Part shown: piece after piece, positions 62,062 to 64,000 of the stretch | How positions within the stretch are numbered: position 1 is the first letter of the stretch | Layout of the letters: each line of letters opens with the position of its first letter | Assembly (NCBI GenBank): GCA_010909165.1 | Contig: VJWM01000204.1 | Span: forward strand, 62,001 to 126,000 | Direction of reading: 5' to 3' | DNA length: 64,000 nucleotides | DNA from: Anthoceros angustus | Lineage: Eukaryota > Plantae > Anthocerotophyta | The notes under the pieces: model-generated | The model's database searches: none | Told to the model about the DNA's origin: nothing | What the model saw: the letters and a program-made list of their open reading frames with translations, nothing else | Position numbers and translations under genes: made by a program

Positions 62062-62797
62062 TTTGGCTTTTAAGGTGAAGGCTGAGTGTCTGATTGTGTA
62101 ATTAACCTATAGTTGAATGGTAATTATTATTATGTGGATTTTGTTAGAGTGTGAGGCCTGGTCTAGGTTGTTAATTTTCTGTTGTATTGAATTATGAATT
62201 TCCTAAATTTCTTGTGCAACAATTGGGTGTGGAAAATTGGGCTGCTATGATAGGATGCCAAGCTAGTTGGCAATTTTGTCCTTTATGTGTTCTGGTGATA
62301 ATCTGGATGTATCTATATCAAAGTGTACTGAAAATTAGTGTATCATTGTGGCAGGTTTAGGGAAGGAATTTGGATGTAACTCATGTCATAATCAGCGGGA
62401 TGTAGGTATTCCCTTAGGCTTAATTCTTCACTTATGAGCAGCAATACGGAACAAGTTTTGATCGAGGAGTATTGCCAAATGTCTTCATTGGCTTCCTTTA
62501 GGTATCTTAATTCTCTGTACGTCCTTTACCATTCGAATTGTTCAGCTTGTTTATCAGCACGTCTTTGCAGACGTTGGCGCCGCTGATAGCCCGGCTTATG
62601 CGTCCTGTGCAGAGCAAATTGCTGGGATACAATTGGTGGCAAGGAGCACAATTACTACTCTGATACCATATGTGAAATCACGATGGATGAGGCAGTTATG
62701 CCTTGATGCTTAATTAAGAACATGAAGTCTTGTTGTACATAAGAGGGCTGATGCCCAAACGTTATGTGCGTTTAATGAACGGCTAAGTAACAGTTCG

Positions 62798-62924
62798 TAT
62801 CTTCTTAATTAATTTATTACGAACCGTACCCTAAGGGCTGGTTGCTAACTAGCTCAATACTTATCTTCTTAATTAATTTATTACGAACCGTACCCTAAGG
62901 GCTGGTTGCTAACTAGCTCAATAC
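62798..62924. repeat. Tandem duplication of about 64 bp within the Copia LTR
   Basis: tatcttcttaattaatttattacgaaccgtaccctaagggctggttgctaactagctcaatac x2. Confidence 0.9.
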
Positions 62925-63395
62925 TGATTACCGTAGATTCTTTGTGATACTCGAGCAACCGTATGTGTAAACAATATTCACAACTCCTTGAATGTGGTTG
63001 TACTAAACCTCACCCTAGCGTGTTTTATTAATTTTGTATATGTGGTGATGTTCAGATGAGCACACAAGATATGAAGACTTCCAATCGTTAGATCTTCAAC
63101 ACAAAAAGCATACAAATCTTGCCTCAATCTAAGATTTTCACTTACTGACTGCCGACAAAGTTCTTCACCTAAAACTCCAAGATCTGCTCTCATGCTCTGA
63201 GTTTGAATTTGCAAATTAGAGATCCTGGCATCTAGATGCTTATTTTGGTCCTTAGGTTGCTTGATATCTTCACGTACAACTTGAAGTGGTTTTCAATTCT
63301 CTTATCCAATTGTTTATCCTTTCACTTGAGAAAAGCAACTTCATTAAGAAAGCCCTGACCACAGCGACAAAACTGAGCAACCTAGAAAAAACATT

Positions 63396-63613
63396 GCAGT
63401 TCGTGGCGATGCATGAGGAGAATGAATTTAAGACCCTCCCCACTTAGCTCTCGTGGAGCTCATATTGCAAGTAAGCAATCATGGACTTCCAAACTAGAAA
63501 TGATGCAGTTCGTGGCGATGCATGAGGAGAATGAATTCAAGACCCTCCCCACTTAGCTCTCCTAGAGCTCATATTGCAAGTAAGCAATCATGGACTTCCA
63601 AACTAGAAATGAT
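63396..63613. repeat. Tandem duplication of about 108 bp
   Basis: tgcagttcgtggcgatgcatgaggagaatgaatt...ggacttccaaactagaaatga x2. Confidence 0.9.
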
Positions 63614-64000
63614 GGGACCAACGGTATTATTTACTTTGGATGTTAGATGATGGCATTGATTGCATAATCCGAGCTATCATGACCCGAAGCGGAGCAAATT
63701 TTGGACCTTCCTTAGCCACCGAGTCACAGCACCCCAATCGAAAGTAGGTCATTGGGAGTCACATCATCTCGTGTGATCAGATTGTAGCTTGAAACAAAAC
63801 AATTGCATGCATCACGTTATGTCAAAAAAGTTTGTATGTATGTTTTTAGTTTTTAGAATAAAAGCCTTTGTTTGAGTGAAAGCCTTTGTTTGATTGAAAG
63901 CCTTTATGATTTGACCCAGATTTTAGGTTTGTAATACATATCTAAGTTTTTCAAGTCATATACCATAGCATAGAACCCCTGTATGAACTCTTTATGATGT

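Larger units (their letters stand above)
43740..62982 (-). mobile_element. Ty1/Copia LTR retrotransposon, decayed, with nested insertions
   Basis: 5' LTR 62671-62982 (tgtgaa..ttcaca), PBS TGGTATCAGAG (tRNA-iMet) at 62668-62658, gag 62061-61411, knuckle CRYCKIPGHTYEEC, protease IDSGASQHM, WHARLGH, integrase (SDLCGP, QNGVSERMNRT), RT (KARLVAKG, LYGLKQ, YVDD) and RNase H (SSTE.EY, ADVLTK). No matching 3' LTR was found. Confidence 0.93.

Overview
Eukaryotic nuclear DNA from a seed-free land plant, most likely a hornwort such as Anthoceros. This is inferred from the short GT-AG introns, compact genes and a PLS-PPR gene with long L motifs and a PGxSWW (DYW:WW-type) box. 1-14 kb holds a kinase pseudogene, an RLE-type non-LTR retrotransposon fragment and a tandemly amplified head-to-head cassette. 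The cassette pairs a PLS-PPR gene with an unusual gene made of tandem CDKF-like kinase N-lobes. 14-34.5 kb holds ordinary genes (AP-4 epsilon, WCRKC thioredoxin, RH1/DDX51 helicase, cytochrome b561), an EH-domain pseudogene, a CRE-like retrotransposon and an AT-rich intronless REase+kinase ORF resembling Crinkler effectors. 34.8-42.6 kb is a decayed DNA transposon with a Sola/DUF7869-like transposase and a divergent ParB-like gene that may be fused to a methyltransferase. 43-63 kb is a Copia element interrupted by a 13-kb three-LTR element with no visible gag/pol and a 5-bp target-site duplication. Family calls come from motif recognition by eye; no database searches were run.
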